DNA of 64,000 bases, from assembly GCA_016932045.1 (NCBI GenBank), contig JAFGDO010000010.1, positions 1,759 to 65,758 of the forward strand. The letters are read 5' to 3'. The notes beneath the pieces are model-generated. The model was not told where the DNA came from and ran no database searches. It saw only the letters and a program-made list of their open reading frames with translations. Shown in pieces: positions 48,849 through 58,453 of this stretch. Source of the DNA: Candidatus Dojkabacteria bacterium (lineage in GTDB: Bacteria > Patescibacteriota > Dojkabacteria > JAHIVN01). The translations under genes were made by a program, and so were the position numbers. Numbering within the stretch: the stretch's first letter is position 1; every line of letters begins with the position of its first letter.

Positions 48849-50114
48849 TTACCAATCTTCCACATCTTTTACCACTTTTTCCTCCCACCATTTCTTACAA
48901 TTACTGTTTATAAAAACTATAATCCACCCAGCTCCAGCAGTAAATACTATAAGACCGAACATTGTTCTAAAAAGCCAGTAATCTTCAAATCCAGTACTTG
49001 GCAAATCAGTTCCTGTATTTTGAGTTGTTTGTTGTTCCGCTTCAGGTGCAGGATCCTGCGAAGTAGTAGCAGTGACTTCAGATTCAATTGTAAAATTACT
49101 GCCAGCAGTTGAAGCAAAAATCTCGTCATTATAGCCTGTTTTCTCAGCCCGAATATTTAAAATTTTATCTTCAAGTTCATCTAATGCCACAGCGCTTACA
49201 TACCCCGTATAACTATCCGGACCGTATAATTTCACCTGCAATCCATTTTCTGACGAGTAGGGAAAATAAGAAACAAGATCTTGTTCCCTCGCTATACCAA
49301 TTACAAGTTCTACTCCGCCTGTAGCGTTATATATTCCACTAACTATCGACGACTCCTCTCCATGTATGTCAATCTGTTTTGCAAGTACTAAATAATCTAC
49401 ATCAGAAAAACCTGCAACCTTATTTGAAGTTATAGAAACCGAGGCAGGAGTTGAGGGTGAAGAGGTAAGTTGTGCACTTGCATAGCTATATGGCTTCCCA
49501 TTATCATTAAATTCCTCATCATTTGAGACAATTGTGAAATAATACGTTAAGCCTTCTATATCTAGATCTTCATCTGAATTAATAATGGTCACATGATGGG
49601 TAAAGCGTTTTTCTAGATTATTAGTGTTTTCTTCTCTGTCGTCATACTCAGTACGCACAAGTTCTGTTTCATCTGTACCAAATTGAATATAACCTGTTTG
49701 TGCTGTATCTGTAACCCAAGCAATACTCCATATCCTAAAATCCTCATTTGTGATTTGAACTTTTTGAGGAGTATTTTCTTTGATTGTTTCAGTTGCTTGC
49801 TCCTCTGGTTTTTCCTCTACACTAGGCATCTCTTCTTCTACTTCACCCTCAGGTTCCGCAGCATACACATCATTAGCTCCAAGTCTTACTACAGGAAGAG
49901 ATGGAACACCTTGACTGCTTAAGCATACTAACCCCTCGGGACAATTTGACACCGAGCCATCGGACTCCCATAAACTTTCTAATTCTTCATCGGTTCGAGT
50001 AGAAGGACCCGTAGTTTTATCAGTACCGCTTTCTCTTGTAAAGAAAAAGAAAATACCTATACCAATAGATATTGCAATAAACACCAAAATTATTAGCACT
50101 ATTTTATCCTTCAT
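48849..50114 (-). CDS. Surface protein with an N-terminal signal/anchor, an FN3-like domain and a C-terminal LPSTG sortase-type sorting signal.
   Basis: The C-terminus reads DLPSTGFEDYWLFRTMFGLIVFTAGAGWIIVFINSNCKKWWEEK, which is LPxTG followed by a hydrophobic segment and a basic tail. The N-terminal module is paralogous to the two flanking genes. Confidence 0.6.
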   Translation of the reverse strand: MKDKIVLIILVFIAISIGIGIFFFFTRESGTDKTTGPSTRTDEELESLWESDGSVSNCPEGLVCLSSQGVPSLPVVRLGANDVYAAEPEGEVEEEMPSVEEKPEEQATETIKENTPQKVQITNEDFRIWSIAWVTDTAQTGYIQFGTDETELVRTEYDDREENTNNLEKRFTHHVTIINSDEDLDIEGLTYYFTIVSNDEEFNDNGKPYSYASAQLTSSPSTPASVSITSNKVAGFSDVDYLVLAKQIDIHGEESSIVSGIYNATGGVELVIGIAREQDLVSYFPYSSENGLQVKLYGPDSYTGYVSAVALDELEDKILNIRAEKTGYNDEIFASTAGSNFTIESEVTATTSQDPAPEAEQQTTQNTGTDLPSTGFEDYWLFRTMFGLIVFTAGAGWIIVFINSNCKKWWEEKVVKDVEDW

Positions 50115-50123
50115 TACTTAATT

Positions 50124-50858
50124 CTATTCATTTATTTGTATGATTTGAGTCGTAACTCTTCCTTCCCCCCTGTCACCTCCCTCCGCAACAATATATAGGG
50201 TAGCACTATTATATTCAGTAAAGTAATCGGAAAGGTCGGCTAACCTTAAATTCGAAAGATCAAATGTATACCGCCTATCTAGAGTCAAAGCCGATAATTC
50301 ATTTGATACCAAACCATCTTTTTCAGCATATAAGTAAACTATCAGATCCTCATTTGAACCTGATGAGTCTTCAACTTCTCCCTTAACTGGTTGTGGCATT
50401 TGCACAGTCTCCAATGTAGAACCAGTTCTAAATTGGTAAAGCTGATTTTGAGACATCTTGTATTCTTTCCCGCCAACGGCAATGAGATAATAATAGCTTG
50501 AATCAGGGTTTAATCCGACAAGATCAACATAGTGAAGGGTATACTGTCCATTTGCCTCTCCTATATCTCTAATATCAAATGCAATCTGACTAACTTCTGG
50601 TTGATTCCCAAACTTAACAAACCCGATTGTTTCAACCGTAGGAGTGACCCATGAAATCGTAGCCGATGTATCTGTAATATTTGTAACTACAACATTCTGG
50701 GGGACCTCTGTTGGAAGAGCTTTTGTGCGCATCTCGGTTATATACATAACACCGCTGACAGAAAGCGGGATCAAGATTACCGCGATAAAAAGGATAATGA
50801 TCAATGTCCTAAATTTTCGTTGCTGTTTTTTTTGTGGAAAGGACTCATCTTCTGACAT
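50124..50858 (-). CDS. Membrane-anchored protein with an FN3-like (PAP-N-like) extracellular domain. It is the third paralog of the cluster.
   Basis: An N-terminal TM helix, then VVVTNITDTSATISWVT...LNPDSSYYYLI, matching the same domain in the two genes at higher coordinates on this strand. It lies 9 nt from the preceding gene, which suggests an operon. Confidence 0.6.
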   Translation of the reverse strand: MSEDESFPQKKQQRKFRTLIIILFIAVILIPLSVSGVMYITEMRTKALPTEVPQNVVVTNITDTSATISWVTPTVETIGFVKFGNQPEVSQIAFDIRDIGEANGQYTLHYVDLVGLNPDSSYYYLIAVGGKEYKMSQNQLYQFRTGSTLETVQMPQPVKGEVEDSSGSNEDLIVYLYAEKDGLVSNELSALTLDRRYTFDLSNLRLADLSDYFTEYNSATLYIVAEGGDRGEGRVTTQIIQINE

Positions 50859-50944
50859 TGATTTTTTTCATATCTAACCATATAATTAAAGCGTTTTATT
50901 ATAATTCTATAAAAGAAACTAACACTATAGTACAATATTGTGAT

Positions 50945-51961
50945 ATGACAATCAAACAACTAGAAAAAATCACAAAAAAAGCATCCGATGAACTATTACA
51001 AGCCAAGGATCAAAGAGATCTTGAAAAGCTCAGGATAAAGTACCTCGGACGCAAGAGTGAGTTAACCAGGATTCTTCGTTCAATAAAGAATTTACCACAA
51101 AAAAAGAGACCAATAATGGGAGCAAAGGCAAATGAAATAAGAAAAAGAATTGAAGACTTATACAATGATGCCACAGAAAAGATGAAAATTAGCAAGGCAC
51201 TAGATAAAGATGAAGAAATCGATGTAACAATACCAGTAAAAGCTCAAGCTATTGGGCACATCCACCCAATAACGCAAATGCTTTGGAGAGCTGAAGAAAT
51301 ATTTCAAAAAATGGGATTTGAAATATTTGAGCCCTTTGAAATCGATGACGATTACCATAACTTCGAAAGTGTAAATATCCCACCTGGTCACCCTGCAAGA
51401 GACTTATGGGACACATTCTGGACTGAGGACGGGTTTATCCCCATAACTCACACATCTTCTATGCAAGTGCGAATTCTTAAATCAAGAAAACCTCCAATAA
51501 GAGCTGTTGTACCGGGAAAAGTATTCAGAAACGAGAGAACCGACCCAAGGCACGAACACACTCTCTCACAAATAGAAGGCATATATGTGGACAAAGGCAT
51601 TTCTCTCTCTGACATGATCGGAACTTTAAAGACTTTTTTTGATGCTTTTTATGGAAAAGATGTACAAGTGAAAGTTGTACCCGACTACTTTCCTTTTGTC
51701 GAACCTGGAAATGGCATGAATTTAAGCTGTGTTATATGTGATATGAAAGGTTGTAGAGTTTGCAAACATACTGGATGGTTAGAAATTTTGGGCTGCGGGA
51801 TGATCCATCCAAATGTTTTACGAGAGGGAGGAATTGACCCTGATGTGTACTCAGGATTTGCATGGGGGTTTGGCCTGGACAGATTGGTAATGCTAAAGTA
51901 CGGCATAGAAGACATACGGCATTTCCGAAATGGCGATCTAAGATTCATAAGACAGTTTTAA
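50945..51961 (+). CDS. pheS: Phenylalanine--tRNA ligase alpha subunit.
   Basis: A PheS N-terminal coiled coil (MTIKQLEKITKKASDELLQAKDQRDLEKLRIKYLGRKSELT) and class II core motifs (FRNERTDPRHEHTLSQIEG..., GFAWGFGLDRL). The ORF-track start at 50834 overlaps the divergent gene, so the internal ATG at 50945 is preferred. Confidence 0.9.
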   Translation: MTIKQLEKITKKASDELLQAKDQRDLEKLRIKYLGRKSELTRILRSIKNLPQKKRPIMGAKANEIRKRIEDLYNDATEKMKISKALDKDEEIDVTIPVKAQAIGHIHPITQMLWRAEEIFQKMGFEIFEPFEIDDDYHNFESVNIPPGHPARDLWDTFWTEDGFIPITHTSSMQVRILKSRKPPIRAVVPGKVFRNERTDPRHEHTLSQIEGIYVDKGISLSDMIGTLKTFFDAFYGKDVQVKVVPDYFPFVEPGNGMNLSCVICDMKGCRVCKHTGWLEILGCGMIHPNVLREGGIDPDVYSGFAWGFGLDRLVMLKYGIEDIRHFRNGDLRFIRQF

Positions 51962-52012
51962 TTTCTATACTAAAGAATTAACAAATAATTTATTGAGAAT
52001 TGTTTCTCTATA

Positions 52013-54421
52013 ATGCTACTATCTAAAAAATGGCTTGAACAATACTTGCCCAAGGGGATAAAAATTAAAGCCTCTAAGCTTCGCAACCGAATCACTTATT
52101 CGCTTGCAGAAGTTGAGAATATATATAATGTTGGAGAAGAATTAACGAATATAGTTGTAGGAGAAATTAAAAAGATCAAGCCTCATCCTAAATCAGATAA
52201 TCTCCATGTCGCAATAGTCGATATTGGGAATTCTCGAAAAAAAACTATCGTCTGCGCAGCAAAGAACATATTTGAAGGGGCAAAAGTTCCTGTTGCTCTC
52301 CCAGGAGGCTCCGTACTTAATCCCGAGCAGGACTTAGGTTCGCAAGACTCCTTTGAGATAAAAGAAATAGAAATAAAAAAAATTAAATCTTCTGGTATGT
52401 TATGCAGTCAGAAGGAATTGGGAATTAGTGATGACCACAAAGGTATATGGATACTTCCGGATGAGCTCAATGTAGGGGAAGATTTTTGCGGAATGCTAAA
52501 AGATACAATTCTTGAAATCGAAAATAAATCTCTTACACATAGATCAGACTGTTTCTCCCACCTAGGAATTGCAAGAGAGCTCTCGGCGATACTCAAGATC
52601 CCTTTTGATTATGAGGAAAGCCAGGAAATTTTAGTACCAACACAAACATTACCACTTGTTGTAAAAGTCGAAGATCCCAAATTATGTCAAAGATATACAG
52701 CAATTGCTATTCATGGCGTAAAGATCCAGCCATCACCCCTCTGGCTTCAACTAAAGCTTCTTGCAGTAGGCGTTAAACCTATTAACAATGTCGTAGATGC
52801 AACAAATTTCGTAATGCTAGATATGGGACAACCTATACATGCTTTCGATTACAATAAACTTGATGCGCCAAGGGTAATCGTCAGGAAAGCTAAAAAGGGT
52901 GAGGAAATACGTACTTTGGACGGAGATATACGGAGGTTAGGTAGCGATCAACTTCTTATAACTGATCCAAAGGGCCCGATTGCTATTGCCGGTATCATGG
53001 GAGGACTTGATACAGAAGTCGATAATGACACTCAAGATATTATCATTGAGTCTGCAAATTTTGAGATGTACAATATCCGCCGAAGTACAAACGAACTTGG
53101 CCTTAGAACTGAAGCAAGTACACGCTTTGAAAAAGGACAGGACCCACACACGACTCTGCCTGCTTTGAAACGAGTTGCCGAACTAATAACAGAAACAGCT
53201 GGAGGTGAAATAGCCTCAGAGGTTATAGATATATATAAAGAGCCGGGAGAAGAGAGACAGCTAGAATTTGATACCGATGACGTTCCAAGATTTTTGGGTA
53301 TAGAAGTATCCAAAGAAGAAGTTATTCATATTTTTGAATCTCTTCATCTTGCTGTAAATACACCTGAAGTAAGTTCGACAAAATTGTCGGTTACTATACC
53401 AACGTTCAGAAGAGATTTAAATATAAAAGAGGACTTGCTTGAGGAGGTTGCCAGAATTTTCGGATATGATAAATTTCACCCCACCTTACCAGTAAGAGAT
53501 CTTAAATCCGTCCCTAAAAACTTTCAAAGGGAATTCGAAAAAATGCTTATGTTTACAATGTCTTCCCTGGGATTTGATGAAATATATACATACTCATTTA
53601 TTGGAGAACAGCACTACAGGAAAACTTTACTTGATATAGATAAGTGTTTGAAACTTAAAAATCCTCTTTCCCCAGAGCTTGCCTATATGAGGAACAGCTT
53701 GGTACCAAGCATCCTTGAAAAAGTGAAATTAAACCTAGCTAATTTTGATGAGATTTTAATTTATGAGATGTCTCGTATTTTTTTCAAAGAGAAAAATAAA
53801 GAAGGTCTCCCTAACCAGCCATTAAATATCATAGGTCTGGTCTCAAAACACACAGATAATAAGGAGTTATATTTTACTCTAAAAGAAAAGGTTATCGCTC
53901 TACTTGGACAAGCCGGAATTGCTACCTATGCTTTTGAGAAAGTTGATAGTATTCCCTACTTTCATCCCGGACAACAAGCTCTCATAACCACAAACAAAGT
54001 AGTACTTGGCAACATCGGCACATTACATCCACAGGTAAAGGATAACTGGAATATTGATCCAAACACATCTCTTTTTATTTTGGATATCGAAAAACTTTTT
54101 GAACTTCAAAATAAGGAGAAGGTTTACAAAAGATTTTCCAAATATCCTTATGTGAAAAGAGATCTCAGTTTCTGGGTCAAAAAAGATACCCAGACCGGAC
54201 ACTTGGTCAAAGAATTAGAAAAGGGAAATTTTAGCTATGTAAAAGATATAGAAGTAAAAGATATATATGAACCCAAAACAAAACAGGACGAGAAGAGCAT
54301 TACAATTCAGGTAATTTTGCAATCAAAGAGAATAACACTTTCTGAAGAAGAAATTAATATTGATATCTCAGTCCTTATAGAAACAATTAAAAAATTTGGT
54401 GGCACGTTGAGGAAAAAGTGA
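52013..54421 (+). CDS. pheT: Phenylalanine--tRNA ligase beta subunit.
   Basis: An 802-aa protein with the B3/B4, B5 and C-terminal FDX-ACB domain layout, immediately downstream of pheS. Confidence 0.9.
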   Translation: MLLSKKWLEQYLPKGIKIKASKLRNRITYSLAEVENIYNVGEELTNIVVGEIKKIKPHPKSDNLHVAIVDIGNSRKKTIVCAAKNIFEGAKVPVALPGGSVLNPEQDLGSQDSFEIKEIEIKKIKSSGMLCSQKELGISDDHKGIWILPDELNVGEDFCGMLKDTILEIENKSLTHRSDCFSHLGIARELSAILKIPFDYEESQEILVPTQTLPLVVKVEDPKLCQRYTAIAIHGVKIQPSPLWLQLKLLAVGVKPINNVVDATNFVMLDMGQPIHAFDYNKLDAPRVIVRKAKKGEEIRTLDGDIRRLGSDQLLITDPKGPIAIAGIMGGLDTEVDNDTQDIIIESANFEMYNIRRSTNELGLRTEASTRFEKGQDPHTTLPALKRVAELITETAGGEIASEVIDIYKEPGEERQLEFDTDDVPRFLGIEVSKEEVIHIFESLHLAVNTPEVSSTKLSVTIPTFRRDLNIKEDLLEEVARIFGYDKFHPTLPVRDLKSVPKNFQREFEKMLMFTMSSLGFDEIYTYSFIGEQHYRKTLLDIDKCLKLKNPLSPELAYMRNSLVPSILEKVKLNLANFDEILIYEMSRIFFKEKNKEGLPNQPLNIIGLVSKHTDNKELYFTLKEKVIALLGQAGIATYAFEKVDSIPYFHPGQQALITTNKVVLGNIGTLHPQVKDNWNIDPNTSLFILDIEKLFELQNKEKVYKRFSKYPYVKRDLSFWVKKDTQTGHLVKELEKGNFSYVKDIEVKDIYEPKTKQDEKSITIQVILQSKRITLSEEEINIDISVLIETIKKFGGTLRKK

Positions 54422-54460
54422 ATAGAAAGTAATTAATAGAAAATTGTAAATGGTTTAATA

Positions 54461-54922
54461 ATGGCAAAAGAAAAAGAACAGCAAAAATCGTTTATTGAAA
54501 CTAAGATTGGGTATATAGCGGCAATCCTTGTAAGTATATTATCAATTGTTTTTGCAAATAATGTCCTGATATGGGACATAAAACTTTTTGATTTTATTCT
54601 AGAGGACTTTGAAAAGTGCCTCTGGATATTAAACATATCTTTTCTGGCAACTATTATCTCCAACATGGTTTATATATTATTTGATCACAAGATCTTTAAG
54701 GGAGTTATCCAGATAGTCTTAAATATCATATCAGTTGCAGTAATATTATCATTCATCAGAGTCTTTCCTTTTGATTTTTCTAAGCTTATTAATCTTTCGT
54801 TTATCAATACATGCGTAAAGATTGCTTTCTACCTGGGATTATTTGGAACGATTATTGCAATAATTGTCGAAGCAGTGAAGATTATTATATATATCATAAA
54901 TGACATTTTAAGCCTGCAGTAA
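54461..54922 (+). CDS. Small polytopic membrane protein, hypothetical.
   Basis: Four hydrophobic helices. The antisense ORF 54433..54666 is judged spurious. Confidence 0.45.
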   Translation: MAKEKEQQKSFIETKIGYIAAILVSILSIVFANNVLIWDIKLFDFILEDFEKCLWILNISFLATIISNMVYILFDHKIFKGVIQIVLNIISVAVILSFIRVFPFDFSKLINLSFINTCVKIAFYLGLFGTIIAIIVEAVKIIIYIINDILSLQ

Positions 54923-55046
54923 GTATACTTCCTCACCTGATTTTTTATGGGAATGAATTACTAGATAGTCTGAAGCCACCAGAAACTAAGAACTTACTTT
55001 CTACTATTAACCTACTACCTTTCCCCTTATACTTTCAACCTTCCTT

Positions 55047-58025
55047 TTACGGACTAACAACATTAATAGTAATGTTTTGCGAATAGATAGTACTGCCATT
55101 TGATAAAGTTAGTGCGGCCTGAAGGGTATAACTTCCGACTTGAGTAGGCGCCCATGTACAGGTATATGCCCCTCCACCGGAATCGCTCATGGTCTCACTT
55201 GGCAGTGACCCACCTGGTCCAGTAATCAAAAGTCTTGCTGATGTTACACTGGTCCCGCCGTAACGCTGAGCAGTTACTGTGATTGCAGCCATTTCTAGGC
55301 TTACACCATTTTGTGGATCAGTAATCGACACGACATCTCCTACAATTATCCTTACCGAAGCACTTCCGGTACGTCCAGCACCATCATAGGCTTTCACAAT
55401 CAGATCATGCCAGCCATCCGATACTGTAGCAGGTATAGTTACAGATGCCACAAATGGATTATTTGTGGCCTGAGTAATATAGGTTCCATCAACATATACC
55501 TCAATTTTTGAAATGCCTGATGACGTAGCATATGCTCTTGCTTCAACATCGACTTTCCCTCCCTTTGATACTGCAGTATTTGCTGCAGGTTTAGAAATAG
55601 TTACCCACGGGTTATCCTCTCCAGTTGGGTTTCTATTGATATCGCAATATTCTGTAGGAGGAGCACCTTGGCTGAAATATGAATCCCATGCAGCCTGCCA
55701 TGTATCCTTTGGGGCTTTAATATATCTATAAACCTTTTCGATCACTAAGCCTAGCTGTTCATCAATGTCGCGAGCAAGTCTATCCTGCTGGTCGCTACAT
55801 ACACGGAATAACTGTGTTGCAGAATCATCCTGCGGTGGAAGTTTGTCTTGAATGAATAGATCGCTTATTGCCTCACAGTGCTCAGTTGCCAAAAGCCCAC
55901 TATCACGGCATACAGAGGCTGACACAACTCCTCCTGGGCGTGTAAACCTCGATGGAGTAAACCTTGGAAGTATTTTATTTGTATAATCAATCCATATTGG
56001 TCTTGCAGCTGTATATCCATATGCTGATTTATTCATACGGGAGTTGTCGTTGTTCCCGGCCCAGACCCCAGTAACAACTTCTGGAGTCCAACCCATATAC
56101 CATACATTTGTATTATTATCATTTGTTCCAGTTTTACCAGCCTGATCCCATCCTGCTGGTGGCGTATAGTGGTAGTTCCGCGCGGTGTCATTCACAAGAT
56201 AAACGGCTCGTTCATCGGCTACCCTTACCCCCTGTCTTACCTCATCTGTATTAAAGTCATAGATTACATTGCCTTCCTTGTCCTCAATTTTTAATATTGG
56301 CGATATCGGATGATAAATTCCACCTGTTGCCATAACCGCATAAGCGTTTGTATGTTCAACTAACTTTACATCCCCTGCACCTAAGGCAATTGCGTCTCCA
56401 TAATTTTCGGGATTTGTAAATGTCGAGTAACCAAACTTTTCAAGTGTATTTATAAAATTAGTCACTCCGACTATTTCAATTGCTTCAACAGCAGGAATAT
56501 TGAGTGAATCGCGGAGAGCTTGCCTTAAGGTCAAAAGACCATGGTATCTGCCGTCATTATTCTTTGGCCTATAATTGCCATCAAAAGGAACATCCATATC
56601 CAGAAAAGGATATGCCGGATACAGTTGTCCTGTTTCAAAGCCAGCATAATAAACTACCGGCTTAAGGGAAGAACCCGGTTGTCTCAAAGCAACTGCTACA
56701 TTCACATTTGGCTCAAATTTACAATCAGCTCCAAGTGTACATCCTTCTGGCGAAGCAGTTCCAAAATAGTCAGCCGAACCAACCATCGCTAAAACTTGAC
56801 CAGTTTTTGGATCAATTGTAACCAAAGCTGCATTATTTCCTCCATGAGCCTTTACAACATTCTCAACACCATTCAGTATAGATTCTTCCGCTATATTCTG
56901 CATATCAAGGTCTAGACTTGTAGTGATACGAAGTCCACCTCTTTCAACCTCTGATAAAGTAAACGGCCTACCATTATTGTAGTTGCCCTTTGTTAACTCG
57001 TCCTCAACATAAAATACAAAGTGAGGAGCTTCTATATTTATGTCGCTGGTCTTATATGCTATTTTCTGCTCTCTTGCCTGCTGTATTTTTTCATCTGTAA
57101 TTAGATCTTCCTCGCCCTCCCAGCCATTATACTTTCTTGCATAAGCATTTATTTTGTCTTTTTTACTTTGCAGCTGATCGAGAACATAATTTTGTCTTTG
57201 TATAGCTAGTTCACGTGCCACCTTCACGTCAGATGCAAAAAGAGGAGAATAGAGCCCTGGTGCCTGAGGCAGTCCTGCAAGAAGAGCCGCCTCCCCGAGC
57301 GACAGTTCAGTAACATCTTTACCAAAATAAATTCTAGCAGCAGTTTTCACGCCATAAGTATTTCCGCCAAAGCCGATTTCATTTAGATACAACTGCAAAA
57401 CATCCTTTTTATCATACTTCTGCTCAATTCTTAAACTTAATATTATTTCTTTGATTTTTCTCTCATAAGTTCTCTCCGTTGTAAGAACCGTGTTTTTAAT
57501 CATCTGTTGGGTAATAGTTGATCCTCCGCGAGGACTGCCAACTTTGAAAACCTCGTACATTCCAGCTTTCACAACTCCTCCAAGATCCACCCCCTTGTGA
57601 GTATAAAAGTCAATGTCCTCAGCAGCAAGAAAAGCCCACTGAGCTTCTAAAGGAACCTCATCAATCTGAACTATATCCCTATTTTCATCCCCATGTATCT
57701 TGTAAAGCTCTTTCCCATTCCTATCGTAGACATAACTTGTCAGATCCTGACCTCTTTCAAAAGGTTCATCGGGATTTGGAAGTTCTGAAGAATACTTAGC
57801 AATAACTGAAAGAGTAAAAATAGTGGTAATAAATATGACAACAAAAACAATTCCGGCAAAAATACCCAGAACTTTCTTTACTCTCCCCTTTAAACTATCT
57901 TTTCCAAGCACAGATTTACTCCAGCCCTTCTTTCCTCTTTTCGATTTCAATTTCTTCAAACGCTTCTGGAAGCGGGACTTGTACGTTCTTCTTCTATTGT
58001 AGTTTATCGCTGTCTTATAAGCCAT
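55047..58025 (-). CDS. Class A penicillin-binding protein (PBP1A-type), copy 2, with a C-terminal Ig-like (Big) extension.
   Basis: GGSTITQQMIKN, PGSSLKP (SxxK) and KTGTNDN (KTG) motifs, and a basic N-terminal tail plus TM anchor as in copy 1. About 250 extra C-terminal residues carry Ig-like repeats. Confidence 0.9.
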   Translation of the reverse strand: MAYKTAINYNRRRTYKSRFQKRLKKLKSKRGKKGWSKSVLGKDSLKGRVKKVLGIFAGIVFVVIFITTIFTLSVIAKYSSELPNPDEPFERGQDLTSYVYDRNGKELYKIHGDENRDIVQIDEVPLEAQWAFLAAEDIDFYTHKGVDLGGVVKAGMYEVFKVGSPRGGSTITQQMIKNTVLTTERTYERKIKEIILSLRIEQKYDKKDVLQLYLNEIGFGGNTYGVKTAARIYFGKDVTELSLGEAALLAGLPQAPGLYSPLFASDVKVARELAIQRQNYVLDQLQSKKDKINAYARKYNGWEGEEDLITDEKIQQAREQKIAYKTSDINIEAPHFVFYVEDELTKGNYNNGRPFTLSEVERGGLRITTSLDLDMQNIAEESILNGVENVVKAHGGNNAALVTIDPKTGQVLAMVGSADYFGTASPEGCTLGADCKFEPNVNVAVALRQPGSSLKPVVYYAGFETGQLYPAYPFLDMDVPFDGNYRPKNNDGRYHGLLTLRQALRDSLNIPAVEAIEIVGVTNFINTLEKFGYSTFTNPENYGDAIALGAGDVKLVEHTNAYAVMATGGIYHPISPILKIEDKEGNVIYDFNTDEVRQGVRVADERAVYLVNDTARNYHYTPPAGWDQAGKTGTNDNNTNVWYMGWTPEVVTGVWAGNNDNSRMNKSAYGYTAARPIWIDYTNKILPRFTPSRFTRPGGVVSASVCRDSGLLATEHCEAISDLFIQDKLPPQDDSATQLFRVCSDQQDRLARDIDEQLGLVIEKVYRYIKAPKDTWQAAWDSYFSQGAPPTEYCDINRNPTGEDNPWVTISKPAANTAVSKGGKVDVEARAYATSSGISKIEVYVDGTYITQATNNPFVASVTIPATVSDGWHDLIVKAYDGAGRTGSASVRIIVGDVVSITDPQNGVSLEMAAITVTAQRYGGTSVTSARLLITGPGGSLPSETMSDSGGGAYTCTWAPTQVGSYTLQAALTLSNGSTIYSQNITINVVSP

Positions 58026-58453
58026 GTTGTATCTTTATAACTTTTAGTAGGTAGAAGTTACAATATCAAATCAAATCACATAACAATAGTATCTTTGATA
58101 TAATATCTTATCACAAATTAAACGTAAAGAGCGGTTTAAAAGTAACACTTCGGGCGGGAAATGAAAGGACAGACTTGCAATAGCAAATTCAATTTTGAAC
58201 ACGCCGAAACACTATTGTCCCTCTGCATGCCCCGCATTCACTGGTAATGGTTTCTGGAATGTTTCCCGGATCAGAGTAGTATCTTGTAAAGTTCTGCTGG
58301 ATACCTTGCTGAGGACAATCGCCTACCCAGAAACTATCAAGTTTAGTGCAGACTCCTACATAAGTGACTCTGATTCTTTGAGGAATTTCTGGTGATTGCA
58401 TATGGCATTCTATAGGAATTCAAACTCGACAACAAGCACCCTAATAATATCGA

